64,000 nt of DNA from Pirellula sp. (lineage in GTDB: Bacteria > Planctomycetota > Planctomycetia > Pirellulales > Pirellulaceae): positions 761-64,760 of the forward strand of contig JANMNR010000059.1 in assembly GCA_031368325.1 (NCBI GenBank), given 5' to 3'. The translations under genes and the position numbers were made by a program. Below the pieces are notes generated by a model. That model was not told where the DNA came from, ran no database searches, and saw nothing but the letters and a program-made list of their open reading frames with translations. The stretch's first letter is position 1. Each line of letters begins with the position of its first letter. Of the stretch, positions 34,801 through 34,826 are shown one piece after another.

Positions 34801-34805
34801 GGTGA
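4809..34805 (+). CDS. Giant (~9,970-9,998 aa) multidomain secreted/surface protein (adhesin/RTX/protease-like); true start possibly ATG 4893 or ATG 5016
   Basis: One stop-free frame of 29,997 nt. GGAG precedes ATG 4893. FEQLETRVLLA export motif, followed by ordered recognisable repeat and domain families. Confidence 0.92.
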   Translation: MYLPFELSRRELICSCSSPKSACAPESIMFRQLRRILLKAIKHPLAKVVNQDLEKGRIIGGEVNSRWKRMSAQVSSPFKIQNRAKFRRTLIDQFIRSRRPLKPVFEQLETRVLLATNIGAVRPDTGIANDLLSHYLDTQPLSSGDANPEITFHYGFSATSNNGVGLQGFNDYALAGDLSGLGFDQSIVVRPFAGALQWLGDTDRDTTQEYHFRFGLADMTPLIADMNGDGIDDVVAVDTTTASNLLEWFVHYGVPGSSPFPTDDSTLSVDATFSFGVDADHGAAVGGLADVPRVGDINGDGRADVLAVRRGASTKDWFISHAPVSYPNNTATTLGISQTISGYGANAAVPVVGDWDNDGDDNIGAIDEGSPSTWNLDTNGGGAAEITKQFGLNGDQYIVGRWADVLWDGSSDSNWSTAANWSGDSVPSAGQNVVIDQPVSAVTITSSGTANAGTVTSTENLSITGGTFDIAGSIEAPVFSVNGGNLIVNGTLTSPTLSLNTGTLTWTAAGQVTDLTIDVGTGTVRNIGGGYIKGFRYNVATSLTVDFDADIILSGDISGAGQLIKNGTGRLQLTNNNPYTGLTTINAGEIYLTNNGLLGSTAAGTVINGGAALRLAAGKTNADPLIMQGVNPTLVTDSGSAATQSGSISLNTINSASFTTDASGSLFVSSVISGTGGLTKQGTGTLTLSGANTYPGNTAIVAGTLVIGTNNAINPITSVELGSSTTNGTLDLAGRTQTLTGLTVAAGAVAANQIVGSSSTTSNSVLNYNGVGLGTFSGTIQNTVGSGNRLVSLNVNSGNLSLTGTSSFSGGTSIATGAVARMFTGSALGSGTITVAAGGFVGLNSGITVSNAVVLLGASGTGALANTTGTNTLTGQLTLSGNSGILVNPATTLTVTGNINLSSNELAVTSNGTAVIAGTISGSGLLQKSGSGTLTLTGANTYSGTTTINAGTLLVGGSNAMPSTSALIVGSGGTFDGNASGGFGSNIGSLAGSGTVLLGNAPLSMGWDNTSTTFSGSISRSGQLIKEGSGVFTLSGTLLNPGNMTINSGTVRLGAAERIADDRFVAIGNSGATLDLNGFNETIGGMSGGSGSLVTLGSGTLSTGGLNLSNSFFGEISGSGGFTKTGTGTFTLERTNTFSGTTTISGGTLQVGSGGTTGSLGTGAVVNDATLVYDLSSSIHVTNAISGTGTLHLMSGAGVTQSTSIAVASLAVEAAGTINLSSSNDVDIVALRTTVGNISFEDVDGFAVRSVNGVAGVSSSNGSPSLVAFAGDISVDNTSAANDLEGGVGFNMNITLFGAGAKFTVASAANVSGAGAQITADRMDFVGTLAATGTVTLQPNVAGQLVNLGSIGDATANTLELSDAELDRISASVVRIGRSNSGAIAISQAISPSGTLHLISGAGVSQSAGITVTNLAVVAAGNIALNMPVNDVNLLAASSSGGFINFADADDLTVDTVNGISGISTTAGIVNLSSRGDLTINNTSAMNDVSSSGASGFTYSVNMTVDAASGKLTIANGANVQSTGGSHSYRANKMNLAGTIGAAGQTVELAPLQNNQAVNLGSTTDILFNTLELSDAELDRITADVLIVGLGSATGGITISQSISRPAATNLTLTTGGASSIVFGAAGSLNTNGGDVTLTTATGAGSGGVDGNSGTTNITANALAITSGAGGVGGTGAYLTTAVSSVTASASNAAIRLAESDSVTIVAPGLSGSLIQLESGTFLSGANNLIPDTADVDVRFAAGLNLNNFSEQITGLLVYGGPSSGALVATGTGSLTLGANGISYGFGSNGEVGATISGNLNLGGSTREINVPDGLAANDLTISATIGNGGLLKTGAGTVTLSGANTYSGSTGINAGTLRAGAANTFSANSAVTLADVAGATLDLNNFSNTIFSLAGGGTAGGNVTLGSGTLTTGGSSAVTSFAGVISGTGGLTVAGLDNSYLTLIGNNTYNGTTTINSGQTYLQAGTGGTTGSIGTGPVVVGNDAGLFINRSDSINFANAVSGSGSLTLTSTGGSVTQSAAITGLYALQVLASTGITLTHSGNSFGFLELTNSTSGTITASASAITSGLAVNQQTSNDVNVSATAGDLVLSAFGGGIQSVGNVTLSATGGISSSAWGGRLTGSGNVALLADSDANGIGSVVFAANGTGDPTNNYKVNGSSITLRGADIDIDSSATVGVSAPTVSTFATGLTNPHGLALDAAGNLYVASYQANKISKVTPAGVVSDYVTGLSGPFWVVFDATGNMYISNSGNHTITKRTPGGVNSTFATSGNGLNTPNGMAFDATGNLYVANGGNNTITKIVFSSPGVFGSASTFASGGMNNPDGMSFDASGNLYVTNYNNHTVSKITPAGAVSTFINSGLTNPAGIVFDSSGTMYVASINGNSIIKVTFASPGVLGTTSTFVTTTGPAGLVFDSAGNLVVANYTAGNISKVSQQLTSQMTLQSSMPSRPMSLGGANNAVAGINLTDAELSRIFTTSSGTVTIGDAAQAGPITFFSATPATTAGANTTITSIGQINLDSTGGTALNANGGAMTVAGSTMNLSNASSVGSGSLSVTSGGTLKGTGTVGGDLSNAAIVAPGNSPGIVTINGNYTQSSFGSLEIEIQGTNAAVPDFDQLIVNGTISLAGSLNVVYLSGYVAPNGSSFAVIQNDGVDAISGTFAGLAEGSTFDVGATTFSITYAGGDGNDMVLTALSQKYLVTTVSDSGAGSLRQAILNANANAGADVITFNIAGAGPHTIAVTSGLPTIIETVILDGATQPGYSGTPIIELNGANAGAGVSGLTIMSSGSTIRGLVINQFGSSGVVISGSGASSNIIAGNYIGTDSSGQAAPEIYESFAYTSGTDITGKTGGQSFNGAWGDYSSGDNGFTVQNGLTYPGLTVSGGAAGDLPGLYNDGNSRYYDATNYASLVSRGEFWFSFLYNVNSGYFSVNPFVAFTGINNVGRMELSDGGGIYLTGGAWSGDTTEGATVPLGQNVWIVGKLTVTSAADDGANDRMEMWVNPTPGIVPDNGTRVIDATFAFSAPANSGVIIQTNSTPNIVLDEYRVSALYPGTDTGNATGIAIQNGATNTTIGGTTSGARNLISGNKGPGVDSSGAGTGTDIQGNYFGVNAAGTTPLPNYLSGNNAIDVIGQGTIGGLTTTPGTAAGNLFGGTVTLTSASTVLGNTFGLQADGTTILGVAVPSTQASSGIRSEASGSTIGGAAVGSRNVFAGHGSANFNGNSYLDIMFGGTNTVQGNYFGTDITGLLNRNSGDVRGIQTVFGATNNVVGGPTAAARNVIVGGTRGFETYEPGNTFEGNYVGIAADGVTAYGMSQVGVFIRDNNNIIRRNVISGSSAVTGLALADTTTGTIVAGNFIGTDASGTLARPNLIGISVGTSGNTIGGPNAVDRNIISGNADFGLRFDFGATNNTVQGNYVGVQVDGVSSLLNSNGAINVASGATLKGSGSFTGNIVNQGSIAPGNSPGIITINGNYSQSGSSTLAIELAGTNAATPEFDQLIVNGNVSLAGTLNVSLLSGFVPSNGNSFRIIDNDGTDAITGTFSGLAQGATLMVGGRAFYVSYIGGTGNDLVLTAVNSLTAGALAPPPATEGQAFSNFTIFHFTDITPTASVSDYTVTVITGDGEVTLTNQANPTNVQVVASQGGGFDVKLSYTYALQLSNGAFRVTVVNAGGNSISASIAASVPGTLDTNFGTGGVTTTPFFGNESFRDSPSNLGSALQQPDGKIIVVGLSYNAVGGHSLALARHNPDGTLDSSFGTGGKVQFDVPGAFFSVANNAALQPDGKIVVAGNLLARFNTDGSFDATFAGGIGWVSVPQFQYGYASQVRVQPGDGKIVVVGNGADGRSFAVSRYNTNGSLDTNFGTNGTALTAIGCVSEVVNAMAIQANGAIIVGGHSFQTGLNIALAAMARFDSSGALDTSFGTNGIVITNFGDVTNYQWVQTALSLADGKILIGGTNGNSGDVVARYNTDGSLDTNFGTNGFASSPGLINYGVYSLALQTDGSILAGSTAGFTGSFAVSRFSGNGVLDTSFGTNGTASSVPGEGAVTNGLVVQADGKIIAVGGAVGPTSTIDFGLARYNSDGQLDTSFGTNGQVRTDLLRVNYPLTGQATSVVVQSDGKTLVAGTETGFNRVAVTRYNADGTLDNSFGTSGIFKLDVTGLGLYPAGYAASGVEISSMTLQADGRIVVAGKLIASYGGNFEAFVARINTNGTLDTSFSTDGVVSVGGVPGQPWDFHAAAKSVVTLADGTIVIAGEGRPYNDRVFGKLFAFNSDGSLKTSFGSGGQVVTEFTGQTSTSIFNSLAAQADGKLIAVGQSLHPGAWKTALARYNSDGSPDASFGTAGQVQSDGSVFGAGVQWFIPESVVVQSDGSLLVSGYSDTTTGQFATLARYTSSGVLDTTFGTNGAVISTMTGSFKDVTIQANGRIVATSGLKVARFSSSGVLETSFGTNGITTVPGTGQFNSVTLQPDGNIVAAGYINGANGSNFAVARISAGGYNVADANIVTTTTDGIDALDGIVSLREAITIANARNGVDQIAFNITGSGIFTISPASALPTITEAVILDGTTQPGYTSTPVIELSGANAGAGVNGLTITSSGSTIRGLVINRFASSGILISGSSTSSNVIAGNYIGTDVTGLLDLGNGLNGVDVIGAPNNTIGGNTAADRNIISGNNLNGVKVLLADGNTIAGNYVGLGANGTTVVANTNNGIYTVFASNTTIGGSTAGARNAVSGNDASGIALDTGSGSIISGNYVGLTADGTAARMNSGAGISVAYMTGATIGGTTANERNVVVSNGGIGVGPGSSGVQVIGNYIGTDATGSVGLATGGTGVSVYFSTNVTVGGSTAETRNVILQGAGSYGMFLQNSTGIRIKGNYIGVDVTGNSTSASSKGIHLAESSAIIGTDGDGIDDATEGNVIAGASINIDMPALGTGTVIAGNKIGTNAAGTAILGTSSLGIRDESLGSNRIGSNADGTSDDLERNIIAGASSAGIYVSAPNTVIAGNYIGTNAAGTAALANSTGVFIQGSNVTVGGTTSASRNVISGNTGNGVEVIGPNNTVSGNYIGVDSSGNLRLANLGSGIATGNAATGTVIGGFTATAGTGSGNVISGNASHGISLGGGSTNYIIRGNVIGLGADGSTIISNLSGIYGMAPGTIIGGDDDDDGALDGVVKSRNVISGNELLEIWVEDTRSLNLKIQGNYIGTDRTGMSARVFPVGNNSGVGLRWTADVLIGGTTPGAGNVISGHRLSQIALSGLGGSDPAWSTNNKIQGDIIGLAADGVTDLTSAFLALIDVSFGMHGNTIGGTTSGARNIIAGSSGIRVDGVTTSDNVIVGNYVGTDITGTLARGGDYGILIGGGATNTTIGGSTAGARNLISGNAQGLTIGAGSTNTLVAGNYIGTNAAGTAAIGNLQFGIAITGSNNTIGGTTIGARNVISGNGSGAGNGIGLAIYSSSGNVVQGNFIGTDHTGLLPIANDGTGIRIAGDDSDPANEAHDNVIGGTAPGAGNVISGNAAGISIEGNGAYNNTVAANIIGLGVDGSTIVGNGTGVAFANSHHNTIGGTTAAARNIISGNGGGISINYGADHNTISGNYIGTGSTGMIAKPNGMGILVNGPFTTIGGTAAGAGNVISGNSTDGILMIDGNTLVAGNIIGLNAAGNAALGNGRYGVAIEGSASANTVGGTTVAARNVISGNAQDGIRISSSNALSGTVSWWKADGTANDSVGGSNGTLQNGATYATGLSGQAFSLDGTNDYVQFNRPAAVTDFTIDSWVYIDPVTNVGERVVVGWDDYQYVGNGSRQAIVLKSSAPTYGGVNAGQGRPSFGILNGATFDRISAPEALTAGWHHLAGSRTGTSLRLYVDGVQAATMTSTISMAMQPNDSLVIGRSSSHPGLANPAHFAGLVDETALFSRALTATEIATIHEIGGASKSRNTIQGNYIGTNASGTADLGNGMDGIRVSSPANRIGGTTAGAGNVISGNNNAGLWINSGANNTQVYGNLIGTNASGSEAIGNTYYGILVASSSNQIGGSTASQRNVVSGTIQNNGNDNVTGAGIAIYDAGFITVTGNVVQGNYIGTDATGTSSIANFTSGVTVQTAVAGNRNTIGGSNPGEGNVISGNGLTGGLGAGIYVNSMASPGFSESNIVAILGNRIGTNATGSVALPNRSSGIYFYQSPGNVVGGSSTLDNGRLSGAGNLISGNLGNGIDVINGGSNSDATVIQGNFIGTDLTGTQAIGNGNIGVAIGSSNTILGGTVAGLRNLISGNSHGVGLGVGGTNNQVIGNYIGTDVSGLAAIPNRFFGVWIGTNGNSIGGASVASGNVIANNGQVGLKLEGTTGNNGTYLNNVYFGNQILAIDAGPIGRSLNDDPDSDGVLNYPVITSTQIVGNDLIVVGTMPAGKTVELYISAPTSNGDGQGRTRLASVLDDSTADENNVAGQFRIRIPIGNDVNHGTPLTALTLGSISGGSTSEFSDIKIAGEAGSSLAPQISLGATTVSITSGNAITVDGSFYDPDSVSWEATVNYGDGTGVQPLNLNADNTFRLQHTYIATGSYIVTVVIRDASLVSSTKTLGVIVQNEAPTANFNEFTITSPANEGQLVTLKGRFEDTAGTHTATIQWGDGLTSIVPITPGSREFTATHVYVDDTNLQGTATPSDVYRVLVTITDETGANNTTPVGLFLEEIRNALPSALNVTVSSTSISEGLSVSLSGLFADPGLADVHKVRINWGDGNFSLITLPVGDREFTFGDFPELTHVYVDDQNTGADEYTITVELADDDERQRPAVVTQVISVANAVPSAVSLNLAQTTILESGLVSLSGSFADLGQFDTHQVSVDWGDGTVPTVLSLAEGVTSFGSLSHQYLDNPSVGGSFSIVVRVSDNDSPSLFGSATASIFVQNVAPVLAPFVLSSNGNAINEGDEVTISGSYTDVSSLDVHTVRVNWGDGVSTLATVNLMTRTFTATHRYLDNNSFPLLVLPTLPLAINGVLPYYGISVTLDDQEGGIDTRIAQQAVLNVVPTVTIESGTGNANPNFINLAAGVNDPGVADTFTHAGAFRWSAEVVGVPGTLQVGSAATFMVDRTGYADRLWRVSLSVADDEGGVGSFMTTLLVGTNGDDVGVNRLIVTDATFNQSGTTNLLALALDGDDTIDASGVTDPSLSVTLVGGQGIDNLFGGAGDDVYVLAQGNDNANVPNDDVMTPVESGNDRYRLRPNSELTVIDRFGNNTLDFGLADFGITFDLSLISTTMPEIQDVLPVPLVAPLHTVKTQGAFSKLEGSSHGDNLTGASNASVFGGAGNDSFTAKAGTTGASFNGGADNDILMVSATGIANLDFNGDAGADTLVNLGVVTGLTFDGGADADILQNEGSILASLNFGGDAGADMLLNTGSIADLTFIGGADNDIFVNNGSATTTLDFNGDADILLSGFGSIGTLSFGGDSGADLFVNLGTITDLAFNGGADNDIFVNNGSAVSSLEFGGDLDVLLSGVGTIIGELSFNGDAGIDTLINRGSIGELTFDGGADADILQNSGTIVRELSFEGDAGIDTLVNLGSVGALTFDGGADADVLQNFGTVIGNLSFEGDMGADVLTNLGSLGSLTFSGGADSDVLQNNGTVLGALVFGGDAGVDTLLNQGLIGDLTFAGGADADVLRNFSGGAIESLAFNGDTGADLLVNLSAITTLTFLGGADADILQNVGDIGLLNFGGDAGADLLVNSGAVTTLTFNGGADSDILINSGTVLAQLSFGGDAGLDTLVNNGIVFGLTFSGGADADILQNTGTIQNTLLFNGDAGVDTLTNSGQVLALTFNGGADSDVLMNTGTVLDLLTFTGDLGADLLTNLGTISDLTFNGGADADVLTNNGTILDDLMFTGDVGADLLINRGSVGDLTFNGGADNDVLLNLSSVGTLTFDGGADNDVLQNNGSDITSLTFIGGADNDVFINNGSSIGTLTFDGGADNDVLVSNGSLIGNLEFTGDSGVPVLDRKSNDTLILRGSGSGSPTSRVQFHGGYGVDAFENNATGFASIIFNGGLDSDALLNNASGLASLDFNGDAGADVFVNHGGAIVSLEFDGGADNDILINDGVSLVNLTFEGGADSDTLINSGELLQTLTFNGGADADVLLNSGGQLGILQFDGGADADVLINDGPVIGRLEMNGDAGKDRLWNRKGGIQIGSIVFVGDAGVDTLINDAAGIATLTFTGGADADVLQNNGTVANLSFDGGADADVLVNAGFAGTLTFDGGADADILLNRGPLVDILDFSGDAGVDTLFNLGAVTSLTFEGGADADVLQNNANVETLSFFGDVNLSSGQASSDDGIDTLVNNGSVQTLLFEGGADNDVFQNNATVTSLTFGGGADNDTLVNNGSAITTLNFNGDAGIDTLINNGSGIATLNFDGGADADSLRVEGRQIGNVIFNGGSGGDSFAYNAFGTSTSSIRFYGGAGNDFFAMRGIASTVIFDGGIDDDGVLVVGSGAMTLTGGDGDDFYRFMSNPLADVTLTDAYSGTTDVSKDTLDFSSFTGGPANLDLRLVNVFQPQGTGQLRVKLVDPMAIENVVGTPFADTIYGNARSNYIGGADFDDAFSGPVAAPRGVTQWVYLDFDSKTNTGVVDAITGLADAGEYVYTPTERELIRQRVESIYRGPNSGAPWFDVRVVTAMVDIPSTFLSTNNFVTIYFNQTPATGRPGGLASEVDPGNVNLGGSAAVQINGLLGGVINNNDSLETIEGDFNAYKGDTVEVSQAEVGATKPAGTSYNFVRLSSKVAAHELAHLLGLRHQDSFGPIGFGVHDVPGGGSYKPIYTGPSGGVETIDHLIGSPASIGSTRFNDLNDLFFGEREAIKLAFANSNPLQTTTTNVGNNNDLLTAAPLSMVTLAVPNTLSSGQNATKDLYVQISSVIGQISLDFGTPRRSKSDWYSFTGRAGELINIDVLSNSVGRFGTGLNGAMTSDDFIDSIVRVYNSNGQLVKYYDGLAENDDVFEPTDSSLIDLLLPADGTYYIEVDSFHKFGDPLGNASNPLSPLNPANPNNILAYQEIVDRFTDTVNDTDTGRYQLVVYKFRKSSSSDMRDDLKGFGGTDVINGGPGDSFAMDYVLGAGPTMNEGSTFTRTVTLDDRAASSWTGSTVDYGDGTGIQPLSVSSNGEFLLSHVWADDNLYTITVNIVNDIGKTLTKTLAVSVANVAPTAAISGSTAIIYGEAATVSLSGAFDPSTADSTAGLRFAFALSAADLISVTYASADASSDSTLTGLSAGTYTVYARVMDQDNGFTQYSTTILVLPRLLEITAAAKTKIYGAADPAFTYTFSALFNGDTSSVFTGSLSRLAGENVNNYDISQGTLSAGSNYNIAYAGANLSITPRSLAVTAADRTKIYGDSDPTLTYTSGALFNGDTSSVLTGSLNRLGGETVNSYAISQGTLSAGSNYTIAYASANLSITPRSLAVTAEDRTKIYGNADPTLTYTSGALFNGDTSSVFTGSLSRVAGENVNSYAISQGTVSAGLNYTIAYAGANMSITPRSLAVTAADRTKIYGDSDPALTYTFGALFNNDSSSVFTGSLSRLDGENVTSYAINQGSLSAGSNYAISYVPAALTISAAPLTIAADAKTKNFGQADPTFTYQVSGLKFGETPATVVTGSLTRQPGETAGDYSILQGSLAVGSNYSLAYIGNTLTIIGSINNPPSVSISTPVDGFMNVASTFTFTATDPDAADQTGVYTYTIHWGNGISTTVTGSTTRSITYTYPGVAADGSFVITATVTDPRGAVSVATTSAFVVGGWTLMADPLRPSDAILVLVGSQGPDTIKVKTKDDDYYKVTIRDRDDDIRRRGTVYGDVRRILVFAHGGNDRVTIDDDVEFTTEIWGGAGNDEIKGGSGNDILMGEAGDDNLWGGDGRDIVIGGTGADRIHGDAHDDILIAGFTAFESEFNQWAPSAFLPATRLTLNQQRAALESIMAEWASPRSYTDRRNNIRGAGTGTRLNGNNFFRVSDTVMTNNTVFDDASVDQLWGDNGTDWFFANLNSDPGSVLDQIKDRSGNESQEDIDRWW
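5121..5153 (+). other. Planctomycete extracellular N-terminal motif (LEPRxLL / Planc_extracel type)
   Basis: Translation FEQLETRVLLA after an Arg/Lys-rich leader. Confidence 0.85.
5328..6020 (+). repeat. FG-GAP/VCBS-like Ca-binding repeats
   Basis: DMNGDGIDD (5481), DINGDGRAD (5694), DWDNDGDDN (5868), with xFGx motifs between them. Confidence 0.7.
6495..10690 (+). repeat. Autotransporter passenger-associated beta-strand repeats (PATR-type), about 7 copies
   Basis: LxKxGxGxLTLxGxNTYxGxTTIxAGTL motifs at about 6495, 6840, 7581, 7878, 8172, 10300 and 10602. Confidence 0.85.
11352..12101 (+). repeat. NHL-type repeats x6 (predicted 6-bladed beta-propeller)
   Basis: Six copies of GLxxPxGxxFDxxGNLYVxNxxxxxIxK. 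Confidence 0.85.
12888..15100 (+). repeat. CSLREA-like module plus parallel beta-helix repeats (GNYIGTD / IGGxTxxARNVISGN), block 1
   Basis: VTTVSDSGAGSLRQAI followed by GNYIG/RNxISGN repeats. Confidence 0.75.
15840..18260 (+). repeat. Delta-60-type repeats x14 (predicted two 7-bladed propellers)
   Basis: Fourteen QxDGKI[IV]-type motifs alternating with ARYNxDGxLDxxFGxxG. Confidence 0.85.
18290..23900 (+). repeat. CSLREA module plus long parallel beta-helix repeat block 2
   Basis: VTTTTDGIDALDGIVSLREAI followed by many GNYIGT...IGG...RNVISGN units. Confidence 0.8.
21880..22550 (+). other. LamG/concanavalin A-like lectin domain inserted in the beta-helix
   Basis: SWWKADGTANDSVG...QAFSLDG...WHHLAG...LYVDG...FAGLVDETALFSRAL. 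Confidence 0.85.
24220..26060 (+). repeat. Tandem PKD/Ig-like domains (about 5-6)
   Basis: VNYGDG, IQWGDG, INWGDG, VDWGDG and VNWGDG motifs, each followed by HxY. Confidence 0.85.
26619..30176 (+). repeat. About 57 tandem 19-23 aa RTX-like Gly/Asp repeats (xGGADxDxLxN... / xGDAGxDxLxN...LxF)
   Basis: Units counted by eye from the translation; consensus F-x-G-[G/D]-A-[D/G]-x-D-x-L-x-N-x-G-x(3-5)-L-x-F. Confidence 0.9.
30486..31230 (+). other. Zinc metallopeptidase-like domain (HExxHxxGxxH)
   Basis: HELAHLLGLRH at 30999-31031, preceded by QWVYLDFD and an upstream GGLA segment. Confidence 0.75.
31440..31703 (+). other. Pre-peptidase C-terminal (PPC)-like domain
   Basis: DWYSFTGRAGELINIDV...DSIVRVYNSNG...LPADGTYYIEV. 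Confidence 0.75.
32529..33698 (+). repeat. Five tandem 234-bp (78 aa) MBG-type repeats
   Basis: The TK(I/N) anchor recurs at 32559, 32793, 33027, 33261 and 33495. An exact 58-nt match lies at 32812 and 33046. Confidence 0.92.
34190..34805 (+). repeat. C-terminal canonical RTX nonapeptides and putative C-terminal secretion tail
   Basis: GGAGNDEIK-GGSGNDILM-GEAGDDNLW-GGDGRDIVI-GGTGADRIH-GDAHDDILI; tail DDASVDQLWGDNGTDWFF...DIDRWW. Confidence 0.8.
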
Positions 34806-34826
34806 TTTAACGTTTAGAATGGTGAG

